A stretch of DNA of 64,000 bases, taken from positions 22,506,001 to 22,570,000 of the forward strand of contig NC_135809.1 of assembly GCF_964213995.1 (NCBI RefSeq), in the 5' to 3' direction. Source of the DNA: Mustelus asterias. Lineage: Eukaryota. The number at the start of each line of letters is the position of its first letter. The stretch's first letter is position 1. Below are positions 31,590 to 43,900 of the stretch, piece by piece. The notes below the pieces were generated by a model that saw only the letters and a list, made by a program, of their open reading frames with translations, was not told the origin of the DNA and made no database searches. Both the position numbers and the translations under genes were made by a program.

Positions 31590-33775
31590 TTTGTTTCCTT
31601 ATTTCACTCTTTCCTCAAATTTATTTGGCTCATCTCCAACTCTTCCTTCCTCAATATTTTGACCAATATCAATTATAAACCCACTGATTCCCACAGCTAC
31701 TTGGACCACACTTCCTCCCAAGCCAGTTGCTGTAAGGACTCTCTCCATTCTCACGATTTCTCCACCTTTGTTTTGGTGATACCACCTTCTACACAAGTGC
31801 TTCTGAAATGTTTCATTTTTGCCTAAGTGCAGTTGACACGGCCCTCAACTGTCTGTTCCATTTCTTAAATTTGTGTTCTCACACCTTTGCTTCCTTTCCA
31901 AAAACCACGATAGGTTCCCATTATCCTGATTTCCATTCCAACATGCCTCCACAGTCAATGGATCATCATTCATTATTTCCACCAGTATGCATCTCCCGCC
32001 AGCAATCTGAAGAGACCATTTACTTTGTGACACCATGATGTACTCCTCAATCACCCTTTTCCCATGGCACCTTCTTATGCAAGCACAGGGCATACGTAAC
32101 CCCTGTCCTTTTACCTCCTCCCATTATCCAAGGCTCTAAAACACTCTTTCCAGGTGAAAAAGCTATTTATATCTACTTCTTCTGAATTTGGTATTCTGCA
32201 TTTGTTATTCATGATGCAGCCTTCTCTACACCATGGAAATCAAATGGAGATTGTGGCTTGAATTTTACCACCCCACCTGCCACAGGAATCGGAGCGGGCA
32301 AGGGACAGTCAATGGAAAGGTCCATTGACCTCAGGCAGGATTTTACGGTTTTGGGATGAGTGAGGCCATAGAATCACGCCCTGTGTGTTATTTTAATTCT
32401 CTGCTTCATTCTTACTCTGGTCTCTCAGTCCTTGACCTCCTACTGGGTTGTAAGGAAGCTCAATACAATATATGGGGCTATGACCCCACAGTACACATTT
32501 TTATAAAATATATATACACACACACATGTATATTGACATGGCTAATTTCTAAAATTAAAAAAAAATGGCTGAAGCCATATCTGTGACCCTCAAACAGTAA
32601 TAGCAATTTGTCAGTATCGCAGAAACTTGTGCCTCATTATCTCTGAAGGTGTGCTAATGATCCTTGTGTGGGCTGCAGAGTCCAAATCAAAGGGAATTAC
32701 ACAAATACCATTTACATATCATAAACCAGGCCTGGTCAACTGCAGTCAACTCCATGTGGACAAAGGACCCTGTAACTTCCCTTTAAGACTTAATGGTTGG
32801 AACATTAACTGTCTCAGGCACCCAAAAAGGGATACACACTCTATGTCAAAGCCAAAGTAGAAAGGTTGGAGTCATGTGACATGACCCCCTTAGCTGGTGG
32901 AAACTGTAATATTGCTTTGTGGAGCTGCAAAGCTCAGTCTGACATCGTTCCATCTGAAAGCAGCAACGCAGAAACTTGGAGGTTTGAATGCCGAGCCCCA
33001 TCTACACTGTTTCCACTGGAACTTCTGTACTATCGCCTACAAGCCTGACTCATCGCCACATGCCAATCACATTGTGGAAGTCAACTCTGTTGGAAAAGTG
33101 AATTATCCAGCATCGGTCTGGTTTGTCAATCTCTGTGAAGGAATTCACCATTAGACTTTGATTCTAGGGACACGTTAAACAATAATTCTTTTTTCTGTGG
33201 TTTTTGACCTGTAAATCCTTCTTTCTCAATCCCCCTGTTTTATTGTACAAGTGGAAAGGAGGCAACGGTGCTACCCCCCCTCACATATGAGTGTGTGCAA
33301 ATAAACTACCCTTTCATTCTATCACCAGCTTTCTGTGAGGCTATGAATAGAAATTGAATGGACCACCCCAAAACCAATCCAATACACCACTGCTTTTAAA
33401 CAGGGAAACCCAAAATCAAAATACCTTCTTGTTTTCAGAAAGGTGGTGAGAGGAGAAATCAGGGGTATTGAATTGATCCCCTTCCCCTCCCCATCAGCAA
33501 CAAGCTCCAAGAACAGCACCTTGTCTTTCTGTCCAGCCTTTTAGACTCAACATTGAGTTTGGTCGGTTAACTATTGGTAATGATTCTGCCATTCCCATTT
33601 ATATACCTCCTCCAGAGACTTTTGTTTCTTTACTTTTCCCATTACCATCTCCTTTTGCCATATAATCTCTTCTGCCTTCCATGTCATCGCAGACTTTCCC
33701 TTTTGTCCCCCTCATACTTGCTTAAAACTAAAGACCACCGATCTTAAACATTACTTCTATTTCTCTCTCCATGAC
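31590..33775 (+). mobile_element. Degenerate Penelope-like element (RT end plus GIY-YIG), interrupted by a MITE (32254-32382) and an LTR-like insert (32471-33502)
   Basis: tataaacccactgattcccacagctacttggaccacacttcctcc translates YKPTDSHSYLDHTSS; decayed GIY-YIG motifs ~32150-32250; gaagctcaatacaa | agctccaagaacagcacc rejoin across the insert. Confidence 0.7.
32471..33502 (+). mobile_element. Probable solo LTR (~1 kb)
   Basis: Interrupts the old Penelope copy, ends in caaca, has AATAAA at ~33300; 5' TG is not intact. Confidence 0.45.
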
Positions 33776-33834
33776 TGAGGTAGATAAGTATACCAGTAGG
33801 GCCCTTGCCCTTTGTCTACCCTGGTTCAGGGAGG

Positions 33835-34075
33835 AGGTCTTCTGGCACAGTGGGCAGCACCACTGCCTTTTGGCAAGAGGTTCCAGGTTCAAGACCAACT
33901 CCAGGACTTAATGGCCAAAAGTGGTGTATGCCTAACATGGCCAAACAGGTTGAGTATCAAATTGCAAATCCTCACAACATATGCCAATGGCAGGCAGTAA
34001 GAACAGGAGAGCTTCCTGGTCAGCTACGTGATGGAAAGAACCTTCTACCATCATTCAAGACTACAACATGCATGT
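33835..34075 (+). mobile_element. Old tRNA-derived SINE remnant
   Basis: tggcacagtgg (A box)...caggttcaagacc (B box). Confidence 0.45.
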
Positions 34076-34849
34076 AAAAGGCCATATTGCTACAGCAACT
34101 TTGACTTGTCAGTGAACTGTAATGCACCAACAACTGGTTTGAGCATCTCGAGAGGATCCACTAACTGATTTATTACAAACCCAGCACAAACTCGGATTAG
34201 CTCTACTGCTAGGAACCAGCTATGAAATGTCAATAAAAGCACAAGCAATACATTTAACTACATTGGATTTCCAATGTATTAAAATAGTGTTTCACATCAG
34301 AGCTATGCTGCAAGATGTATACCAAGGGACCGGATGGATTGACAAAGGTTGCAAGATACTTGGTGTAGAGCACACAATTCCCAAAATCAGATTACCACCA
34401 CTTTCCATGGCCCCACTTCCATATTGAAGAAAATAAAATTGCTGATGAGAGATTACATGGTCTTGGGGAAAACCAAAGAAGTGATTGGTTTGGAGAGTTG
34501 AGCCTTTACAACGCGACTGCAAAGGAAGACTGAAAGTGCCTGGCCCAGTTAGCATCTGCAAGTTTTACAGATTTATTCACTTTATACAGGATATCTCACT
34601 TAAAACGCAAAACTTGATTACAGTTGGATTCTGCACAAGGGCAACTGAGAGACACAGCACACTACACCAGACAAAACAGATACAAAGTTGATCTATTTGT
34701 ACATTTGTATTTAGCACATCTAATCTTTAAGTTTAAACAAAATTAAAATGTTCTCAGTTGGCGAGCTTTTGAGCATTGGTGATAAATTTCATCAATTGAC
34801 TTGGAAACATACATATTCGGTAGGGTCCCAGTCTGCCAAATCCAAACCG

Positions 34850-35560
34850 AGCCCTTACTGCAGGGTGAAATGGCACAATGCACAGCACATCTTATGCAGG
34901 ATGTATTGTAGGACCATCACCACCTACCAAGTTGTCATCATGAGCTGCAACTTCAGGGGTAGGCCTTTGCCATGGCAAACAACAAGTGTATCGTCAGATC
35001 CCCTCCAATGTTCTAAATGTACATGCAGAATCTTTTGTTTGGCATTGCAATCGGCACATTGAGAAAGTGAACTCTTCCTGTTGTTGATAAAACACTGTCA
35101 GGGTCCTTGAACAGAGCCTTTAGTCCCACATAACACAACCCATAGCCCCCTGCATCCTGGGGAAGCTGGATAACATGGAGCATAAAAACAGGTAATTCTG
35201 CCCAAATGACCCATGCCCCACAGGAGCCTCCTCCCATCATTCTTTAATGCTCAGCCGAACCTGCCTCACATTTCCACAGCTAATGGTCTTCTTTGCATTG
35301 CAGGGATCACATGACAGAGTTCCATGCCTGCCAAACAGCATCCGTCATGCAAGTTGCAATCCGTCACAGCTCCCTGACTGATGTTGCAGCGAAAGATGGA
35401 AAAAAATTGGAGCTGTAGAAACTGAATGCTGTGGACACTGGCATTTCAAATGATAAAGGCACTACGATTAGGCTGCACTTTCAAGTCTTTGTGCAGCATT
35501 GCAAGAGGTAGCCAATTCCTTCTCTGGTGAATTGCAATCGGAATTCATTTCTGCAGCTAT
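34850..35560 (-). pseudogene. Fossil PIF/Harbinger (HARBI1-like) DDE transposase
   Basis: Ordered frameshifted motifs QFTREGIGYLL, STAFSFYSS, NISQGAVTDC, MQGAMGC, INNRKS/HFLNV, GKGLPL match the Harbinger order FTRE..L / ALRFYAS / GISQ.SVS.C / GAIDC / NRKG.HS.NV / GD.GYPL. Confidence 0.65.
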
Positions 35561-37289
35561 GTTTTAGTCTCCAGCCACAGCCCCTCCTATGCTGATACAG
35601 AATATAGGAAAGCACATTGCAATCCATTTGTCTTCCAAAGGTTTCCCCAATTATAAACCTTATATTTGCACATTAACAACAAAATGAAAATTAGGAATGT
35701 AAATAAGTGACAATTCTTCTTGTCTGGCTACCAGCTGATGCTGCATCATTTCTTCACAAAACATTGAGTCACCTTCCTCAACCCACCTCAGTAACTGAAA
35801 CACAAGACATTTTCTCTCAATGAATTATCCATTGAACTTTAAAATTGATTTAATATGTTTTTAATTGCTAGAACTCATGGTGCACTTCTCATTGCCAATT
35901 GATGTGAAATCAATGTCCAGTCAGGGAAGCAGCAGATTTTGTTTGGCAGGGGGAAGAGAATGAATCGCTAAATCTTGTGCTTGCATATATGCAAGAGATT
36001 GTATGATCTGATATTTTAATTGCATTGCCTAGTTCAATATTTGTCGGAATTACTTTTAGGGAGGGCGGGGTGAAAACAGTTCTGGGATCGTAGGCACTTG
36101 ACCATCATTCATTGTATTAACAGGTTTCCTTTGTAAAGAAATGTTGATGATCCAATGTTGGGACAGGGACTTACAAGAATAAGAGTTCAAATTTTGTTTC
36201 TCTAAAGCATTCCATCAGAACCAAAGTAGGTGGTTTTCAGTATGCTAAAACTATCAACCAAGGTTTTACCGCAGATTCAAAAATATTTCTCCAAATCTCT
36301 CCCAAGCTAAAATATCCAATAGAAGGAATCAATAATGTTGATTAATCTGTTAAATTGATGGAACTACATAGAAAATTAACTTTAGTTATGCATTATTATT
36401 GAAAATATTAACTTCATGGTCTTGTGCAATTTGTTCAACTATTCTGTATCTTACACTAGTAATTAAATAATTATGTTCAAACCGGACTCGAAGTTGAGCA
36501 CACAATGTAGGCTAATTTTTCAGAGCACTAGAGGTCCTCTGGCTTTGTTGGAGGAGCAGTGTCATGTACAACTTCTCATATTTAAAGGATCTCCAAACTG
36601 TATTCAAAGAGTATGTTCCTGGCCAATATACATCGTGATAATCACAAACAGATTTTTTTTAAAAACCAGCACAGACAGGCACTTTGGCCCAAACTGATCC
36701 ATGATGACCAAAATGCCCATCTATCCCTCAAGCTTTCCTATCCAGGTATCTGTCTAAATGCTATCATTTGGCCACAAAGAGTAATAAGTGTCAGAAATCA
36801 TTTGACTGTAGAACACTTGGAACATGCTGGCTAGGCATAACAAAAATATCTATTCTAACATACTGCAAGGCCATCAAAACTGCTTTGCATTCCAATTAGT
36901 AATGATCTGGCATGCTGTGCTTTGACATTTTCACCTGCTTTTAGTCATTCCATTTTGAATATACTGTGACTAATTTGAAAGTTTCCCTTAAATTTAGAAA
37001 TAAGCAAAAGTATGCTGAGGCTTTTTCCCAAATAAGTTCACAGTACAAGACATTCCAAAAGATGTATTGCTATTTTTAATGCAAGTTTATAGTTTGACAT
37101 GTTACACACCCACTTTGACATAGTTCCACACAGGCTTCCAACCTGACTTTTTTTTTTAAAAAGTCAGACAAAAATGCCAACTTTATGGCATAAAAGCTCA
37201 CTTTTATCCAGCGAGAAAAAACCCAACATCTTGCTATTGCTTTAGCCTTGTGCTAGCAAGCAATGTACAATTCCCTTTACTAATGCAAG

Positions 37290-38200
37290 CCTAAAATTGC
37301 TAGAATCTATTATAGAGGATGTAATATGGTGGGAGGGCAGAAATAAAAGGACATGAATAGATTAAGGGTTTCAAAAAGGAAGAGATACAAGGCACAAGAG
37401 GTGTGAAGGCTCAAAGTGAGTGCACTTTTAAAAGCCAGGGACCTGGGTTCGATTTCTGGCTTGGGTCACTGTCTGTGGGGAGTTTGCACGTTCTCTCCGT
37501 GCCTGTGTGGGATTCCTCCCACAGTCTGAAAGATATGCTGGTTAGGTGCATTGACCCAAACAGGAGTGTGGCGACTAGGGGAATTTCACAGTAACTTCAT
37601 TGCAGTGTAAGTGTAAGCCTGACTGGTGACTAATAAACTTAAGTGATTAGGAAGGCAAATGGAGTATTGGCCTTTATTACAACGAAAATTAAAATGAGGT
37701 TACAGGGCTTTAGCGAAACCCCTTCTGGAAAATGGCACAGTTCTGGTCTCCTTGTTTGAAAAGAAAAAGAATTGCATTAGCAGCAGGTCATCTGGGGAGA
37801 GGGGCTTATTTTGTGATGCAAGAGAGAATAGGTTGGGCAAGGGCCCTGGAATTAAAATAATGGGAGGTGAACTTACTGAAACACAAGATCCTGAGGGGAA
37901 ATACCAGAATGTTTCCACTTGTGGGATCAATTAGATCTTAAAAGTAAGAGGTTACAAGTGAAGATTTTCTTTTAATCTCAAGGTTACGAGTCTGAAATTC
38001 TGTCTCCCAGAAAGCAGTTGGAGGCTGGGTCATTGAATTTATTCAAGGCAGAGTTACAGATTTTTGACAAAACAAGGGATGGAGGACACATGGCAAGTGA
38101 AGTTGTGACCACAACCAGATCAGCCATGATCCTTTTGAATGGTGGAGCAGGCTCAAAGGGCTGACAGGCCTACTCCTGCTCCCAAGTCCCATGTTCCTAG
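37290..38200 (+). mobile_element. Old CR1 remnant with a type B HE1 SINE at 37434-37640
   Basis: gattaggaaggcaaatggagtattggcc and a CR1 tail gatcagccatgat...ggcctactcctgctcc. Confidence 0.65.
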
Positions 38201-39477
38201 TTAATCGGTTAATAGCAAATAACCCCAAATTCTATGTGTAGCTGCCTTGTCCAGTGGTGTCCTGCACAAGCAGGAGTTCTAACATCAGTGATAATCTGAG
38301 TGTCTGGAAAGTCAAATTTAGGACCGTCATTTGCAAGAGAAAGAAAAACTCTCTCAACTTCAAATTGAAAAGTCATTTATTAAATAAATGCAAGATCAAA
38401 TTCAGCCATCATATTCACATCTCAAAAGTACAATCAAGGGCACTTAAATCATCTTTGGGAAAGAATTTCAATTCAAAGTCAGCATTAAAAGTGCCTAGAA
38501 TCTGAACCTCCTTAGTAACATCAAGTTTACACAAGTTGTTACCCAAGCTACACAGACTTGGTTTGAAAATGCAAATTCAGTTTAGCACTGAAAAACACTA
38601 GATTTATAATTAACACTGCAATTTTGATGTACAAAATGTTTTTAAACCCTTATATTCAAGGCTAAACTGAATGCTTACTCTCACGCATGACTACTTTTGT
38701 AGGTTTAACAGTTACACAAGCCCAAAGGCAGACCTTAGTCCTAAAGTGTTGCTAGATAAACCTCTTCACTAATGCACATCAATAAGGCTCTAGACCAGTG
38801 CTATTCTAGAGACAGTATCAACCATAACTAAATACACTCATGCCACTGAAAGACAGCTTGTGTTTTTTTTGCTCTTCAGACAATTTAGTGTTGCTCCAGC
38901 ATTCTATCCAAAATTTCATTTTGTAGTGTTCCCAATAAAAATATTAAGCAAAGCCTTACACAAAATCGTAGGAAAATGGGTGCCACAGTGTAAAATATTC
39001 AGAATAATTCCATCCTGTAAAAGACATTGTGGATAATTTAACATCTCAGGACACAACATGAAGTGAAGTGGTTAGATTTAGTGGACAACTGATCAATAAA
39101 ATAGCTGATTGAACGATTGTTACTATTTGGCAGATTGCATGGATGTTAGATATAGCTATTAGCCATTTCTTTCTAGCAACCATTAGCCACTTGGCCTTCA
39201 CACGTCTTCCTCATACTCAGCCAAGAAGCAAACAAAAAAAACGAAGAGCGCAGCTCCTGCAACATTTGATTTCACAAAATATCAAAAAAATTATGCAGCT
39301 GGGATCTCAAATCCTTCAGTGCAATATCTATGCCCACTACCATTGGAAAGTAAGCTCAATTTCAAAGCAAAAGAGTCAAATTGAGGCAAGCTTTCATTTG
39401 GAGAGAATCACAATTCAGATTTTATAGAATGATGTCCAGCCACATGGACAATGTGGTTGGACACGATAGCACAATGT

Positions 39478-39800
39478 GGGCAGCACGTTAGCACAGTGGT
39501 TAGCTCTGCTGCTTCACAGCTCCTGGGACCTGGGTTCGATTCCTGGCTTGGGTCACTGTCTGTGTGGAGTTTGCACATTCTCCTCATGTCTGCGTGGGTT
39601 TCCTCCCACAGTCCAAAGATGTGCGGGTCAGGTTGATTGGCCATGCTAAAATTGCCCCTTAGTGTCCCGAGATGTGTAGGTTAGAGGAATTAGTGGGTAA
39701 ATATGTAGGGATATGGGGGTAGGGCCTGGGTGGGATTGTGGTCGGTGCAGACTCAATGGGCCGAATGGCCTCTTTCTGTACTGTAGGGTTTCTATGATTT
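39478..39800 (+). mobile_element. HE1/V-SINE, tail type A (antisense, downstream of the GNS stop, possibly in the 3'UTR)
   Basis: Full-length copy. Confidence 0.9.
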
Positions 39801-40871
39801 CAATATAGAATTTTACTAGTTAATGCCAAAGAACTTGCAAAGCTTTGGTAGAAAGAGATTAATGGCAGTCAATTTTACACTATTGAAGGTTGCACATCAG
39901 CAGTAAATAAGATGGATATCAGGGCAATGTTTTAAACATCTACAATCCCTTCTTGCCAAAACCAGGTAAGATGATCAAGCCAATAGATTTCAGTGCATCT
40001 TGGGACACTGTATTCCCTCTTAAAATAATTGTGGGTGGAGAGAGAAGAAAAAGAGTCACAAGTAAAATAATGATGTCTCAGTCTTAACATTTGTATGGTA
40101 GCCAAGTTATCAACCTACAGTTGGGATTGGGACCTGGGGGACAACAAAAGAAACCTCATGCTTCAAATTAAAAGCAAGTTTGGTCATATGCAAATGTATA
40201 GAATCACAACTTCACTCCATTCCTACCACTGTTGAGACAAGCCTGATCCAAAATATTAAATACAGGAAATGCAAGACCTTCCTTTCCTGATAGTACGGAG
40301 AATGAAGAGATGCAACAAATCAATTGAGCGCCAATAATTTAATCCCAGTTGTCTGCCTCTGCCCCAAAGTCATGAGTGAAGTTTCCGTGACAGTGGGCTG
40401 GAAAGAAGGGTCACAATACCCAAATTTCTGCTGTGCATATGCTCCTTAGAATATATTTTACAATGAAGCCTAGTTAAAGTACAGAAATGAGACACTACCC
40501 CTCCATGCTACAGCAGAGAAGCAAATGACTTGACTGGCAAAGGTAATTCAGTACCCACCAAGTATAGCTCTGGTTGCTAGATAACTCATGCAAGGAAAAC
40601 AAAAATCAAAACCATTTGTTTAGTGTTGTATCTCAAGCGATTATATGCATAGGTTCTTTTGAAAAAAAAGACAATGGTCCTTGCAAAATAAATAGTTATT
40701 TAGAACTGCAATACATAAAAGTATATTAAAATTTTTCACTTTGAAAAGGCAATTTTTTTTAAAACATGGAAACATCAAGAGTGACGGATCAAAAAGAAAA
40801 TACAATTCCTAGTGATTTTTCAGTCCACAGAGTACAAGGTTATATCACTGATGACAGCCAGCAAAAAGGCT

Positions 40872-40944
40872 TCATAAGGTTTTGTGGAATAACTTCATTG
40901 CACCAGGTCCATGGTGGAACATTAGTTGAGGGTCAAATCTGTAC
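40872..40944 (-). CDS. GNS: GNS exon 14 (coding part)
   Basis: [23 protein letters not shown] then TGA. Confidence 0.9.
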
Positions 40945-43900
40945 CTAAAAAAAAATTAAAAGTACTGCATAAGTAACAGCAGACAGATGATACAAATACC
41001 ACCAACCCACATACTCTGGTTGCATTTGTTGCCAAAGGTTTTTTTGTTAAAATAATTAACTGTAAAAGTGCATCATAAAGATTAGCCTTTTATCCCCACA
41101 ATACAAAACACCGTTCTTTTCATATTAATGCGATCTGGTGCACCACAAATGCAATATTAAAGAGCTCTGGAGCCACAGGTTACAGATCCTTTTCCTAGGG
41201 AAATGTCCAAATATTGCTTCTTACCTTGGATCATATATTCCCGGTGTATGGCATGTTGACCCAGAACAAGACTGTAACATCATGAGACGATGGTTCATCT
41301 TCTCAAGAACTTCTTGATCTATACTCTTGGCAATATTTGTGATTTGGTGTGGGTCAGAGGTTAAATTATAGACTTCTACAAACACCTAAATAGAAAAAAA
41401 ACTAAAGATTATGGAAGGCATTAAGTTGGCATCCTCATGCCTTTCAAGGTCAAAAAGGAAATTGCTGCTTCCACCCAATACTGAAGTAATGATGCATTGC
41501 AAATTTATCAATAAACTTTTAGGCATGTTATGATTAACCAAATCATTGGAAGCTTCTCTTTCTACTCAGTAAAATGCATTTTACCTGACAAGATTCCTAA
41601 CCTGGAGGATGTGGATATATATTAAATCATTTATACCACTAGTAGCAAATTGCAAGTCAAGGGCTGATCATATTCTGGAGTATTTTAGAATTCAGTCCAC
41701 AAACATTTCACAAAGTGTCGACAATTTTATACATTTCATGCATGCTTCCAATCTCACTGCACACACACCCACCATGTTCCATCACCTTGCAAGGCTGCTT
41801 AAAGTTGAAATCCACACAGTATGTGTAATAAAAATCTACACAAATATATTTAAAACTAGCTGTACTGACAAATTTGTATTTTGGAGCCAATCCCACCTCA
41901 AAACCAAATACAGAATGAACAAGGATATAATATTCTTGTTACTCAATTGAGTTTAGCCCAGCAGACCCTTTGTTAAAAATGTTTCTACTGCATCACACAG
42001 CCACACAAAAATCTCAAGGCACTTTACAGGAAGCAGCAAAACTTGATATGGTCAATAACAATATTGGGATAGATGGTCAAAGATGTAGGCTTTACTGACA
42101 CCGATGGCTGTCATCGGTGATACAACCTCGTACTGTGTGGACTGAAAAATCACTAGGAATTGTATTTTCTTTTTGATCTGTCACTCTTGATGTTTTCATG
42201 TTTTTTTTTAAAATTGCCGTTTCAAAGTGAAAAATTTTAATATACTTTTATGTCTTGCAGTTCTAAATAACTATTTATTTTGCAAGGTCCATTGTCTTTA
42301 TTTCAAAAGAACCTATGCATATAATCACTTGTGAGGTACTTAAGTGGGGGGGGGGGGGGGGGGTGAAAAAAGAGGCAAGGGATGACGAGGAATAGGAAGG
42401 GCTTTGACAGCTAAAGACATGGCCATGATAGCACAGCATAGGAAGCCTGAATTAGAGGGTTGTGGGGATTCCAAAGACAGGGAGAAATGTGAAAACAAGG
42501 ATAAGTATTTTAAAGGGATTTGAGTGTACAGGAATAGTAAGAGTTTAGAAGCAACAAAGGAATGGATGAGAATTCCAGCAGTTAAGGGGCAGAGTAGAAA
42601 TATGATGCCACAAATATGTGGTTGGAAGCTCATCCTGGGGATCAAATATGACAATCTTCAAACTGTGGTTCAGCCTCAATAACCTTGCCAAGAAAATGGA
42701 TGGAGTCGGTGCCTACAGAAGAGTTTGGAGCATGAACTAAAGACATTGGCTTCAGTCTTCCCAATGTTAAACTGGAAGAAATTTCTGCTGTCAGAAGCAA
42801 AGTGGAGGGAGGGCTGGGTGATAGCAGCATGCAAGTGAAAAATGAAACTGCATTTCAAATGATGGTACCCAAGGACAGCATGTTCATGAGGTATCAGCAG
42901 GGACCAACAAGGATTTTTAAAAAAGGTTTGGGAGTGGGAAGAGAAACCATTGCTGGTGATACTCTGATTAGATAGCTAAGAATAGAATGGAACCAGGGCA
43001 ATCTCACTCAACTGAATGATGTAGTCACAGTATTTGCGACATGGCAGGATAGAAATTAAACATTCAGGTCTGTGAAGGATGGGCACAGATTTGGAAGGTG
43101 GACAACACGTTCCAAGACTCAGGAATGGTAGATTGGAGATGGACAATAACTTGCAAGATTGAGGGCTGGTTTAAAGAAGGGTGAAAAACAGTACCCAATG
43201 ACAGCATGAAGGGAAGTTGGGTGGGGAGTGGTTTAGTGAGAAGGTCGAAGGAGCAGAGATAAGCTTGGAGAGGACACATGGGAGAAACCAGAGAATGATG
43301 AGAGTTCAGGGCTGGGGGTGGGCAGAGGAGGGGGTTGGTCCAGTGGACATGGGGAAAGAAAGCGGCAGAGGCAGTGATTGGATGGTTTGAAGCTTCGAGA
43401 CAATATCATTCAGTAGCTTCATGCATTTGCTGGACACTAGGATTGAAGAGACAGGAGTTTTAAAAAATGACAATTTTCATTAGAAAAAAGTTAAAACAGG
43501 TATTAGCTCGAAACACTAATTAGCAAACATGGAACAAGCTACAGTAATGGCTCTTCAACATTACCAAATGATTAAGACTTTCAGGACTTTGGTGAAACCA
43601 GGTTCCACAACATAAAGTTTGAGAGAAATGTTGTGCGTAGAGTTACTATTGGAACAATTTCTGGCTGCTAGGGTCTTTGGATAAGGTGCATACAGAACAG
43701 TGATGCAAAAAAAAACACAGCTAGCTTGCAGCAATAAATGAAGTGTACATGTCAATGTCAGCAGAATCTTAGCTTTGATGGAATAGCTGGTCACAACCTC
43801 TACTGGCACACTGACTAAAGTTGAACCAGCTATTACAGGCAGAGTCACAGTAAAGAAAAAGGGGTGCAATTTTGTCCCTGGTTGGTATTGATCAGTCAAG

